Positions 37,059 to 49,552 of a DNA stretch of 64,000 nucleotides are shown one piece after another. Positions within the stretch are counted from its first letter, which is position 1; the number at the start of each line of letters is the position of its first letter. The translations under genes and the position numbers were made by a program. The stretch spans positions 228,121,336 to 228,185,335 of the forward strand of contig NC_052148.1 in NCBI RefSeq assembly GCF_902713615.1, in the 5' to 3' direction. Origin of the DNA: Scyliorhinus canicula (taxonomy: Eukaryota). The notes under the pieces are model-generated. The model saw only the letters and a program-made list of their open reading frames with translations, did not search any database and was not told the DNA's origin.

Positions 37059-40000
37059 TGTTATGGGAGAGGTGTTTTCAGAACCCCAAAATGTATCATG
37101 GAGTTCAACCAACCTCTCCCTTTAATGTATTGTTGCTTTTGAAGCACACGGCTTGGTCTCCAGGTGTGGTATTACAATTATGGACACATGGGTTTTTAAA
37201 CACAAAACAATGTTTATTCCATGAATTCAACTTAACCTTTTCAAATAAACATTGGATCCCTTAACACCCCTTACGTCAAAGATAACCCCGAAAATAATAC
37301 AACACTAAATAATCCTTCAAAATGTTCCTTCAAACCTCCAAAAGACTTAACACCTTTAAACAGAAACACATCAGGTTAAAGACATTACTATTATGAGTTT
37401 AAATCACCCAAATGATTCAGAGATAGTCTTTTCTGGCAGAGATCACCGCAAATCCAGCTCACTGCAAACACAGACACACCCAAGCTCTTTTCCTCAAAAA
37501 TGAACCTAAACACTGCAAATTGGCTGAGCTAAAACCAAGCTCCACCCACACTCTGACATCACTTCAGTAATATGAGCTGCTTTATTTCTTAAAGGTACAT
37601 TGCTTAAACATCAATTTCTTAAAGGTACTCTCACATGACACCTCCCCCCAAGAAACAAAATAAACCATCAACTTCAAGATGGTTTCATTTTTCACTTTTG
37701 CACCATCCACTAAGAAATGTACACAGTAAATATAATTTTTCGTTTCACAAAAAAAACACACGCAAACAGGCATAATAATAAAATCCATCTTTCCTGTTCT
37801 TCTTCCTCCAACCAAAATCCTTCTCGATTGACAGTCTCTTTGAACAAGAAAGTCAATGCACGATCCATCCATTCCTCTATGCCTCGGCAATTCTCTTTAA
37901 AGTTAGATACTTCAGTTCAATCTGATCACAGAGTCCCTTGCAATTCTCCAACACAGGAGCATCGGTTATCACTGCTTTCAGGCAGTCACATGCCTGTTGA
38001 AAGTCTACTGGCCATTGATATTTTTAACGTTTCTTTAGCAAGTCCATCAGTGGAGTAATCACGCCACAAACCTTTTGCACAAAGGTTCAATCAAATCCAC
38101 TCATGCTAAGAAATCACATTATGTTCCTTCATCTTGAGGGTATTGGAAACTCCTCAAGGAAAGTGATTCGGGCTTCTCCAAATTAACTTTCGGCTAGGTT
38201 CATCACCAAACCCGTCTCCTGAAGTCGATCGAAGAACTCCATACGATGCTTTAAATGTTCTTTCCATGTCTGGAAGTTGGAAATAAAAGCAGATTGTCCC
38301 ACTTTCTCACGGCAATCCTTCAAACGTGGGAAAGTGTAAGAGTCCGTTCTTGTAACTGCATTCACCTTTCGATAGTGCACACACAACCGTTGGGTACTGT
38401 CTGGTTTAGGTACCATCACTATGGGTGAGCTCCATTGGCTGCAACCCACGTTAATTATGCCATTTTTCAGCATATTCTCAATCTCTCTGTTAGCCTATGC
38501 CAATTTTAAAGGATTAAGTCTATATGGATGTTGTTTGATAGGAGCAGCATTTCCCACATCTACATCATGTATAGCCATTTTAGTACTTCCCAATTTATCT
38601 CTACAAACTTGCCCATGTGATATCAATAACTCTTTCAGGTCAGTTTGTTTTTCCTCTGGAAGGTAACTTTACAATTCATCCCAATTTTTAAGAACATCCT
38701 CATTTTCCAATTTAATTTGAGGTATGTCAAATTCACAGTTAACTGGATTTGGTTTGTCACTTTGAGTTAGAATCATTAAAACTTCCCTTTTCTCTCCTTC
38801 CCTTTCAAAGTACCTTTTAAACATATTCACGTGACACACTCGGTCAGTCTTCCTTCTATCTGGTGTTTTTACCACATAATTCACCTCACTTAATTTCCTT
38901 TCAATCTGATACAGTCCACAAAACCTAGCTTTTAAAGGTTCGCATAACACTGGTAACAACACAAAAACTTTATCTCCACCGGCAAAACTAGGAACTTTGG
39001 ATTTCTTGTCCGCTACTCGTTTCATCACATTTTGTGCAACTTTCAAATGTTGTCTAGCCAATTCACCTGCTTTATTTAATCGTTCCCTAAAATTTGACAC
39101 GTAATTCAACAGTGTAATTTCCGATTTCTCAACCATCGATTTTTACTTAATCAATTTAAGTCGTCCTCTTACCTCATGACCAAAAATTAGTTCAAAAGGA
39201 CTAAATTTGGTCGACTCATTAGGTGCATCATTAATTGCAAATGATACGATTGGAATTCCTTTATCCCAATCCTCTGGATAATCTTGACAATACGCCCTCA
39301 ACATTGTCTTTAATGTCTGATGCCACCTTTCTAACTCTCCCTGCGACTCTGGATAGTACGCAGTTGATTTAAATTGTTTTATTCCTAAGCTATCCATAAC
39401 TTCTTTGAAAAACTGTGAATTAAAATTTGATCCTTGATCCGATTGAATTTCTGTGGGTAGTCCATATCTGGTAAAGAATTTAAGTAACTTCTCCACAGTC
39501 CTTTTAGCTGTAATATTACGTACTGGAATGGCCTCTGGAAACCTAGTAGACACATCCATTATAGTCACAAGATATTGATTCCCACTTTTTGTTTCAGGAA
39601 GCGGTCCTACACAATCAATTAGGGCCCTCGTAAAAGGTTCCCCAAATGCTGGAATGGGTATTAAGGGTGCTGATTTTATCACTGCTTGAGGTTTCCCTAT
39701 CTCTTGACATGTGTGACATGATTGACAAGATTTAACTACATCTTTATGTAATCCAGGCCAATAAAAATGTTTCTGAATTTTAGCTTGAGTTTTCCTTATT
39801 CCCAAATGACCTCCCACTGGTACCTCATGTGCAACTCGCAACACCTCCTTTCTATACCCTACCGGCAATACTATTTGATGAACTTCTGCCCACTTTTCAT
39901 CCGCCTGCATATGTACAGGTCTCCATTTTCTCATCAAGACATCACTTTTACGGTAATAACACTCTGGTATACTCTGAGACTCCTCTTCCGTATATGCTTT

Positions 40001-40970
40001 CTGATATATCCGTTTTATTTCTACAAATTTCTGTTGTAACTCCGCCAATTTTCCTGAACTAAAAATATCTGCCTCATCCTCCACCTGTTCTTGTTCTTTT
40101 TCAACCATCTGATCAAAGATCGATTCTGATAATTGCACTTCAACTTCATCTTCACTCTTTGATTTCTCCTCCTGTCTTAACCTGTCACTTTGCGACCGGG
40201 TTACTACACAATCCGGAAAAATCCCAGGATATTCATCCTTCAACCCTTCTGTTGTCTGATTTTCCACTGGCTTATCAACCACAGTAGGCATCACTCCCAC
40301 CTGTGATCCAGATATATCATTACCCAAGATAAACTGTATTCCTGGACAAGATAGTTGATCTATTACTCCTACTACCACTTCACCACTCTTCACTGGACTT
40401 TCCAACCTTACCTTATATAATGGAATGCTACTCCTCTCACCTTGAATTCCACATATCACCACCTTTTCTGGCAACATTCTTCCCAAACTACATAATTCCT
40501 CATCTCTTGCCATTAAAGACTGACTAGCCCCTGTATCTCTTAAAATTGTGACTTCTTTACCTGCTCCTCCTGATACACATGAGTAAACATTACCCACACA
40601 AGTTAATTCTTTAAAGACATCTGGCAACTTCTTAAAAATTACATATTGAACAGGCTGTACAATTGTTTGCACCTCCTTTGCTTCCCTTGGGCTTTCCTTT
40701 ACCACTCCAACAAATCCCATTGTTTTATCCTGTTTTACCACATCAGCCTTCCCAGTGCTTTTCTTCAACCACCAACACTGTGACTTTACATGGCCTAGTT
40801 TATTACAGTGAAAACATTTGAAACTTTTCATCTTTTTCAACCCTCCTGGATTTCTTTTTTAATTTGAGGTACACTCTCTTTACTGTCTCCCATCAGATCA
40901 CCTTTACCTTTACCACTTGAGTATTTCTCATGTCCCCAGTTTCTATCCCTCACCGGCTGAAACTGATGTC
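37059..40970 (-). mobile_element. Same Gmr1-like element, unit B (3' LTR 37059-37640)
   Basis: ORFs 39143-40840 (knuckle-PR-IN), 38669-39136 and 38183-38473 (partial RT); same LTR and PPT. Confidence 0.9.
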
Positions 40971-42045
40971 TGGTAACAGCGGGAAAGAAGCTGTTTTTGA
41001 ATCTGTCTGTGCAGACTTTACCAGACTTTTGTATCTCCTGCCCGATGGAAGAAGTTGGAAGTGTGAGTAAGCCGGGAGGGAGGGGTCTTTGATTATGCTG
41101 CCCGCTTTCCCAAGGCAGCGGGAGGTGTAGATGGAGTCAATGGATGGGAGGAGGGTTTGTGTGATGAACTGGGCTGGGTTCACAACTCTCTGAAGTTTCT
41201 TGCGGTCTTGGGCCGAGCAGTTGCCATACCAGGCTGTGATGCAGCCCGATAGGATGCATTCTCTGGTGCACCTGTAAAAATTGGTAAGAGTCAGTATGGA
41301 CATGCCGAATTTCCTTAGTTTCCTGAGGACGTAAAGGCGCTGTTGTGCTTTCGTGGTGGTAGCGTTGACATGGGTGGACCAGGGCAGATGTTTGGTGATG
41401 TGTACACCGAGGAATGTGAAGCTGTCAACCATCTCCACCTCGGCCCCGTTAATGCTGACAGGGGTGTGTACAGTTCTTTGCTTCCTGAAGTCAATGACCA
41501 GCTCTTTAGTTTTGCTGGCATTGAGGAATAGATTGTTGTTGTTACACTACTCCACTAGGTTCCCTCCTGTAATCTGACTCGATGTTGTTCGAGATCCGAC
41601 CCACTATGGTTGTGTCGTTTGCAAACTTGTAAATGGAGTTGGAACCAAATTTTGCCACGCAGTCGTGTATGCATAGGGAGTATAGTGGGGGGCTAAGTAT
41701 GCAGTCTTGCGGGGCCCCGGTATTGAGGATTATTATGGAGGAGGTGTTGTTTATTCTTACTGATTGTGGTCTGTGGATCAGAAAGTCGAGGATCCGGTTG
41801 CAGAGTGAGGAGCCAAGTCCTAGGTTTTGGAGCTTTGATATGAGCTTGGCAGCGATTATGGTGTTGAGGGCAGAGCTGCAGTCAATAAATAGGATTCTGA
41901 TGTAGTAGTCCCTTGTTGTTGAGATGCTCCAGGAATGAGTGAAGGGCCAGGGAGACGGTGTCTGCTGTGGACCGGTTGTGGCGGTAAGCAATTGCAGTGG
42001 ATCTAAGCATCCTGGGAATATGGAGTTGATGCGCTTCATGACCAA
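40968..42045 (-). mobile_element. Rex-Babar-clade LINE RT fragment, second copy
   Basis: ORFs 40950-41438 and 41542-42225 carry the same motifs. Confidence 0.85.
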
Positions 42046-43232
42046 TGATAGTGTGTAAAAAAGACATTGAAGTGTCTGATCAGCAGGGTGGCGCAGTTTT
42101 GCAGTGGTTAGCACTGCTGCCTCACGGCACCAAGGATTCAGGTTTGATCCCAGCCCCGGGTCACTGTTCGTGTGGAGTTTCCGCATTCTCCCCATGTCTG
42201 CGTGGGTCTCATCCTCACAACCCAAGGATGTGCAGGTGGATTGGCCACGCTAAATTGCCCCTGAATTGGAAATTTTTAAAAAATGAAACAAAAAAGAAGT
42301 GTCCAATCAGCCGTGATCTTATTAAATAACAGAGCAGGCACGACGGGCTGAATGGCTTATTCCTATTCCTATGTTCCAGGTTGGTCCGGCATGATTTCCC
42401 TTTCACAAAACCATGTTGACTCTGCCTGATTACCTTGAACTTATCCACGTGGCCTCCTTTCACTTCTTTAATAATGGCTTCCAACATTTTCCCTATGACA
42501 GATGTGAAGCTAACTGGCCTGTACTTACCCCCTCTCTATCTCCCTCTCTTTTTGAATAATGGAGTTGCGTTTACTACCTTCCAATCTAATGGGACTTTCC
42601 CCAAATCTTTGGAAAATTCAAACTAAATGCATCAACTATCTCACTAGCCACTTCTTTCAAGAATAATTTAATTCCTGTTTTAATTTGGTCCATGATGATC
42701 AGTGTAGAAACTGGGCCTGGGAAGTAAGGTTATCTTGCTGAGAAAAGATCAGAAATCATTGCTGAGGAACAGGACCCCTCCACCACACTCCTGATCAAAC
42801 AAGCGCCCCACTCCCACTCCCATCTACAGCAGCCTCAGAGCCCCCTACCAGACCTCAACTTTCCGCCTGTGAAGCAAGCCATCTTCAGGAATAGGAGGTG
42901 CAACAGTTGCCAGCAGCCCACCCAAACAATGATCAATTTGTGGAGGAGTAAACTGAGTTGAGCTTTTGGATTCCCTTCGCTGGGACAAGTGCGATCAGCA
43001 CACTATCGGATTCTCACTTTGTGCCGGTAAAACCAGTTTCTACCACTGAGCATGAAAACAATCTCAGTTTCTACTGAAACCTGTTCGCACTGAATTCTGT
43101 GATCCTCGCCAATTAGAAGTTGTCTTTGCAATTTTAATGTAACTACTCGACCCAATGGTAAAGTGAGTGACTGTAAGCTAGAACATTTTCCAGCTAAAAA
43201 GAGGTTTATGCAATCATGTCAATAATCAACGA

Positions 43233-43426
43233 TGTGGAGATGCCGGCGTTGGACTGGGGTGAGCACAGTAAGAAGTCTTACAACACCAGGTTAAAGTCCA
43301 ACAGGTTTGTTTCAAACACGAGCTTTCGGAGCACGGCTTGATTCACCTGAAGAAGGAGCCGTGCTCCGAAAGCTTGTGTTTGAAACAAACCTGTTGGACT
43401 TTAACCTGGTGTTGTAAGACTTCTTA
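43233..43426. mobile_element. Penelope-like element remnant forming a 71-bp-arm inverted repeat; present only upstream of copy C
   Basis: Arms 43268-43338 and 43357-43427 with one mismatch; 13-bp TSD CAATAATCAACGA; empty site at ~20640-20652. Confidence 0.75.
43344..43378 (+). ncRNA. Putative minimal type I hammerhead ribozyme motif (Penelope-associated)
   Basis: CAC-CUGAAGA-A-GGAGC(CGU)GCUCC-GAAA-GC-UU-GUG: core CUGANGA and GAAA, 5-bp stem II, palindromic AGCU helix III, 3-bp stem I. Confidence 0.55.
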
Positions 43427-46138
43427 CAATAATCAACGAGTAAGCAATCTTTCCTCTAATTTGAACTATTATCTTTTCCACCGAGAGGGTTTGTGTCAGC
43501 TATTGCATTACCTGTATTGTGAACCACAATGGCTCAGAGGTCGGTTTGTATTCACGATCATTAGGTGTGTCACCTGAGAAAAGAGAAATGCAAGAGCGCG
43601 ATAAAGGCAGGAAATTACGCAGTGTGGGGTTTAATTTGTTATGCTTCAGAAAGGCCATGACAGATGGAAGAGGGATAAACTTTCAAGTGATGAAATAACA
43701 TGTGTAAGATTAAAATGTTGGCTTTTTTAGAGTAATTATCGCACTCAGGTGTCACTGGCAACACTGGTTTTGATTTACAAATGCCTGCAGGTCCTCTGGT
43801 TAGCCAGCAACGAGACATCTGGCTGCACGTTCAGCCCTTTCACCTGGAGAAAATTACCCAGGAGGCTGACAAGCTGCAGCCGCATATACGCACTTCACTC
43901 CCCACACACACGCCATTCCAGCCAACAAGATGGCAGCAATGATGCCGAGCTGGAGGCCCTGCTGGACCCGGTGGAGGAGAGGCGGTTGACTCTGTATTCC
44001 GGCCCGGGATGGAGGCTGCCAGCCCGCCGCTGACTGCCGTGCCTAGGTGCCTAGGTGCAGGTTGCAGAGGCTGTCAGCGGCATGAGCAATACCGTCCGGA
44101 CGGGCCAGCAGTGCCTGTAAAAACTGCACAACCTCCTCAGGCCGGCCAGGGTGAGTAGGCAGCACTTTGCCACTGGCACTAACTCATGTCCACACACCCA
44201 TAACCCAACTATCCCCCCACCCCGGAGGGCGGTGAAACCCCCATCCTCCACCAGCTGCCGACCCCCATACCAGCCAGTATGGCCGGGTGCCCTGGCCACT
44301 GAAGCCACCAACTAACTACCCCCTGGGCTGCATGCGTTTGGACTGTCTAAGACTGTACGTTTTCTGTAACTCCACTCCCCTCCCCACTCCACAGGGGAAG
44401 GGCAGCCATAGCCGGCGGGTGTGGGAGAAAACTGGAGGACTGTCGGACCTGCAGCCCCTCATCAGGCAGAGCAGAGGGGCCTGGACATGGTCAGCGTCCT
44501 GGAGGAAAGGGCGGACGCCGGGGTGGAGATCGGCCATGGGCAAGGAAGTGAGATCCAGTTGAGTCCCGGTTGCCAGTGACATGTGAGTCAACAACCCACC
44601 CCCACCCTCGCCCCACATCGCCATTACCCCACCCTCACCCCCACACCACGCTCATCTCCACCTGCACCCCGACACCACCCTCACTCCCACCCTCAGCATC
44701 ACCCACACTTTCACCCCCCCACCAACGGGGACCCAGGTCACAGGATGGGAATCACTCCCAATGTACTGTTTGGGAATCCACCTAGACGTAAGGCCAGAAA
44801 GTTAGACAGCGATTACGTTGGCCAGGGGGCTAGGGCACGGTACACTCCGCGGCCCCAGCCTGGCATGCCCGTAAGGGCTACAATGGATGCTGCCCTTGAG
44901 TGGGCCGTCTGATGTCCCTCCGGTGGGTGGCGTCCGGGTGGAGGGTGTATGGCGGAGGGTGGGGTGCGGGGGTGGGGGCTTAGGGGTATCCATTAGAATA
45001 AGTAGAGCAACAATTTAAGAACTTTTTTAAAAATTGAGGAGGTTCAGGAATTTCTGATCAATACTTTCTCTGAATCACAGAAACCCACCTTCACATTATT
45101 CTCAAAACAGTCAAGGTATTCAGAGCCATTTCAGAAATATTGAATTCCTTGCTTTTGTTCAAAACGCTTGCAATTTTAAATTCTAATTTAAATAATATTT
45201 TTGACACTCTACACTGTTATCCAGGAGACAAATGATAATTTTCTTTGGTATAAAATGTAACAGGATGAATGCATTTAAATTGTTTCGTATTTTGCATATG
45301 TGTGAAATTGAAAAGAAGTCAGCAAGCCATCAATTTTATGTATGATTCCGTTCGGGGGCTGCAGAGATTCAAGAAAGCAGCTCACCACCACCTTCTGAAG
45401 GGCAATTAGGGATGGGCAATAAATGCTGGCCTTGCCAGCGATGCCCACATCCCGTTCAAATGAGCAGAGGTGTCGTTCAGAGCTACGTAATTTGGAAACT
45501 AGGCAACACCGCATATATCATCGTACCTCATTTTAACTTCTTCAGCCACTTCTTCAGCCGGCACAGCTTGCACGACAGGAGAATTCTCCCTGAGGATCTC
45601 CAACACATCCTGCATCCAGATCCTGGAATGAACCAATGTCTTGCATCAATAGTTCATTGATAATCATAAGGTAAGGATCTTAAAATGGCAAGATGATTTG
45701 TAGCTGTCCAATATGTTGATCGCCAAATAAAACAAGGGTCACTTCTTTGCATAGTTTCAGCTCTATGCTGCAATGTACACAAGAACACCCCGAAACTTGC
45801 ATATTCTATGATGTCCATGAGTCACTTCACCTCCGGCAATGGGTGCTGGCCCTTCTAGCTAAAGCTTGAGGAATGAAGGCTGTATGACACTTCACCAATT
45901 TGGCCTTTCCCTCCCAGGGTTTCATGGGCACTGACCTCTCGTTCCTTCGAGCTTGGCTTTGTGCAACAGAATTTTCAAATGAGCAATCAGCTTGCAAACC
46001 CATCCGTCATAAGTGGCTGATTTTGCTTGAGGAGAAAATGAATGCACCACAGAGATATTCCCCTTCACCCTTTGAGTTGTTGCTTCATCCGCCAGTTGTC
46101 TGTTTCGAAGGGGAAGAATGAATAAGTCCACAAGGGTT

Positions 46139-46511
46139 AGGGGCAGCAGGGTAGTAGGGGCAGCAGGGTAGCATGGTGGTTAGCATAAATGCTTCACAGC
46201 TCCAGGGTCCCAGGTTCGATTCCCGGCTGGGTCACTGTCTGTGTGGAGTCTGCACGTCCTCCCCCTGTGTGCGTGGGTTTCCTCCGGGTGCTCCGGTTTC
46301 CTCCCACAGTCCAAAGATGTGCGGGTTAGGTGGATTGGCCATGCTAAATTGCCCGTAGTGTCCTAATAAAAGTAAGGTTAAGGGGGGGGGTTTGTTGGGT
46401 TACGGGTATAGGGTGGATGCGTGGGTTTGGGTAGGGTGATCATGGCTCGGCACAACATTGAGGGCCGAAGGGCCTGTTCTGTGCTGTACTGTTCTATGTT
46501 CTATGTTCTAT
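46139..46511 (+). mobile_element. Full-length V-SINE (HE1-like) with (GTTCTAT)n tail, specific to unit C
   Basis: B-box GGTTCGATTCCC, V-domain, CR1-like 3' tail, TSD GGTT; absent in units A and B. Confidence 0.9.
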
Positions 46512-47272
46512 GGTTTATGAGCACCATCCAATGATTTAATGAAATATCTGAAAGGAACCCGCTTAAACATGGTAGGCTGACGAACTATAGTCACGTGTGT
46601 GACTCGGAGACCTTTCTGGTCTGTCCTCTCAGCCAATTGTCTCAGGGGCCTTGCGACATAACTTGGCCGCTTAATGGATAGTAGATGCTCACACCGCACA
46701 GCTATACATCAGGGAGACCAGATATCAGATTACTCATTTGCTGGTGAGGAAAGCTACAATTTAGATAACTGGCTGACAAATCAAAGGCAGTGTGAGGTCA
46801 GGGGGTTAAACCCTCAGACAATGCAAAACGTGGCAAGTTCACAAAAGCATCGGGTGCCTCAGCCACTCAAATTGTCCTTCCCTGTTCCAGCGTCCTGACA
46901 TTTCATGAAGAATTTCACCATCCATCCTGATGTCACACTCACAGACATCTACTGGATATGTCACAACCCAGTCTTCTAACTCAGTAGGATGGGAACACAA
47001 GCCACATCCATAATATCCATTAAACCTGGCCGTATTCTGCACGTCAGCACAAATGGGAAAATCTACACAGCAGCGATGGAAGCATCTACTATTTACCAGC
47101 ACCCCCTCAAATCAACCCCTTCTTCTGACAGTCAGCTCACTTCATTGCCAGCATCATCCAGGAACATTTCATTTTTGGATTGAATTTTCTGCACCATAAT
47201 CCATCTGGAATAAGATTACCCAGTTCTGAGTTTTGGAGGAAGCCCATCAATCTAGAGGGGAAAATCAGAAAG

Positions 47273-48796
47273 AACAGGAGGCAGGAAAAGAACAGAAAGC
47301 AGGAGAGAACAGAAATCAAGAGAGAGCAGGAAGCAGGAGAGAGGAGGAAGCAGGAGAGAGGAGGAAGCAGGAGAGAGGGCAGGACGCAGGAGGGAGAGCA
47401 GAAAGCCGGAGAGAGAGCAGGAAGCAGGAGGGAGCAGGAAGCAAGAGGGAGAGCAGGAAGTAGGAGATGAGAGCAGGACGCAGGAGGGAGAGCAGAAAGC
47501 AGGAGAGAGAGCAGGAAGCAGGAGAGAGCAGGAAGCAGGAGATGACAGCAGGAAGCAGGAGAGAGAGCAGGAAGCAGGAGAGAGCAGGAAGCAGGAGAGA
47601 GCAGGAAGCAGGAGAGAGAGCAGGAAGCAGGAGAGAGAGCAGGAAGTAGGAGAGAGCAGGAAGCAGGAGAGCAGGAAGCAAGAGGGAGAGCAGGAAGTAG
47701 GAGAGGGCAGGAAGCAGGAGAGCAGGAAGCAGGAAACATCAGGAAATAGGAAACCGCAGGAGGGCAAGTGAGAGCAGGAAGTAGGAGACAGCAGGACATA
47801 GGAAGGGGTAGGACGTAGGAGAGTACAGGAAGCAGGAGAGAGTAGAGAATATGTGAGAGCATGAAGTAGGAGAGAACAGAAAGTATAATAGAACAGGAAC
47901 TAGGATAGAGCAGAAAGTATGAATGAGCAGGAAGTGGGAGAGAGGAGGAAGTGGGAGAGACAGGAAATGTGAGAGAGTAGGAGACAGCAGGATTCAGGAA
48001 AGAACAGGAAGCAGGAGAGAGTAGGAGAGAGCAAGAAGCAAGAGAGCAGGAAGCAGGGGAGAGGAGGAAGCGGGGAGAAGAGGAAGCAGGGGAGCAGAGG
48101 AAGCAGGAGAGAGGAGGAAGCAGGAGAGAGGAGGAAGCAGAAGAGAGGAGGAAGCAGGAGAGAGGAGGAAGCAGGAGAGAGGAGAAAGCAGGGGAGCGGA
48201 GGAAGCAGGAAGCAGGGGAGAGGAGGAAGCAGGGGAGAGGAGGAAGCAGGGGAGAGGAGGAAGCAGGAGAGAGGAGGAAGCAGGAGAGAGGAGGAAGCAG
48301 AAGAAAGGATGAAGCAGGAGGAAGCAGAAGAGAGCAGGAAGCAGGGGAGAGGAGGAAGCAGGAGAGAGAGGAGGAAGCAGGAGAGAGAGCAGGAAGCAGG
48401 AGAGAGAGCAGGAAGCAGGAGGGAGAGGAGGAAGCAGGAGGAAGCAGGAAGCAGGAGAGATGAGGAAGCAGGAGAGAGGAGGAAACAGGGGAGAGGAGGA
48501 AGCAGAAGAGAGGATGAAGCAGGAGGAAGCAGGAGAGAGGAGGAAGCAGGGGAGAGGAGGAAGCAGGAGGGGAGGAAGCAGGAGAGAGCAGGAAGCAGGG
48601 GAGAGGAGGAAGCAGAAGAGATTAGGAAAGAGGAGAGAGCAGGAAAGAACAGGGAGCAGGGGAGAGCAGGGAGTAGGAGAGAGCAGGAAGCAGGGGAGAG
48701 GAGGAAGCAGGAGAGAGTAGGCAGCAGGGGAGAGGAGGAAGCAGGGGAGAGGAGGAAGCAGGAGAGAGGAGGAAGCAGGGGAGAGGAGGAAGTGCG
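47273..48796 (+). repeat. Purine-rich compound minisatellite, unit C (shortest)
   Basis: Same units. Confidence 0.95.
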
Positions 48797-49383
48797 GCTT
48801 GGGGCTCCATCTCTGCTCTGTCTCATTGTCCCTTCCACAGGATTACATAGAATGTACAGCACAGAAACAGGCCATCCAGCCCAGCAAAACCAAGCCAGTC
48901 TTTATGCTCCAGTTGAGCCTTTTCCCACCTTTTCCCATCTAAATCTATCATTGCAATTCTCTTTTTCCTCCTTCCACAGTATCCCCTGAAATAAATCGAT
49001 CATTTGCTTCAACCATTCCCTGTTGTAGTGTGTTCGACAATCTCATCGCCCTTCATTAGTAGTTTTGTCTGAATTATTTACTGCACTAACATCTAGGGAG
49101 GAATTCTAACTTGACCAGCTGTATTTCTGCCTTGATCGTCTTCTTCATGGACAGTGTTCATTGTAAAATTAATTTTCACTTTAATATCACCTACATTGAA
49201 TGTGTCAATGTGTTCATTACAAAACCTTCCATTCATTTTAGTTGGAATTAAGAGTTAATTTTGACCACCTGGCTTTGAAAAAGAAAGTAAAGATTCTAAT
49301 TGAAGTGCTCCGATAGATGTAATTAACAAATAAACAAATTTCCAGTTTAATTTTACCATACATTGTTTCATCAATAATTAGCT

Positions 49384-49462
49384 TTGTTGTAATTCCACAC
49401 ATCCGGGGAAATTCCAAAATGAGCCAACTCCTCCGAGTGAGTCACAGATTTCTGGCTATAAA
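49384..49462 (+). promoter_or_regulatory. Proximal promoter of copy C with consensus NF-kB site
   Basis: GGGGAAATTCC 49405-49415 (fits GGGRNWYYCC), TGAGTCA 49438-49444, TATAAA 49457-49462. Confidence 0.82.
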
Positions 49463-49552
49463 TACAGCATGTGAGCCTCAGTAGGTCAGTCACAGGCAGC
49501 AGCAGCAGCACAGCAGCAAGAAGATAAAAGATCACCAAACAAGTAAAGCACA

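Noticed and set aside
46139-46230. tRNA-like A/B boxes here and at 9664, 19504, 58009 and 60525
   Set aside because: They continue into SINE bodies and tails with TSDs; no complete cloverleaf, so not tRNA genes.
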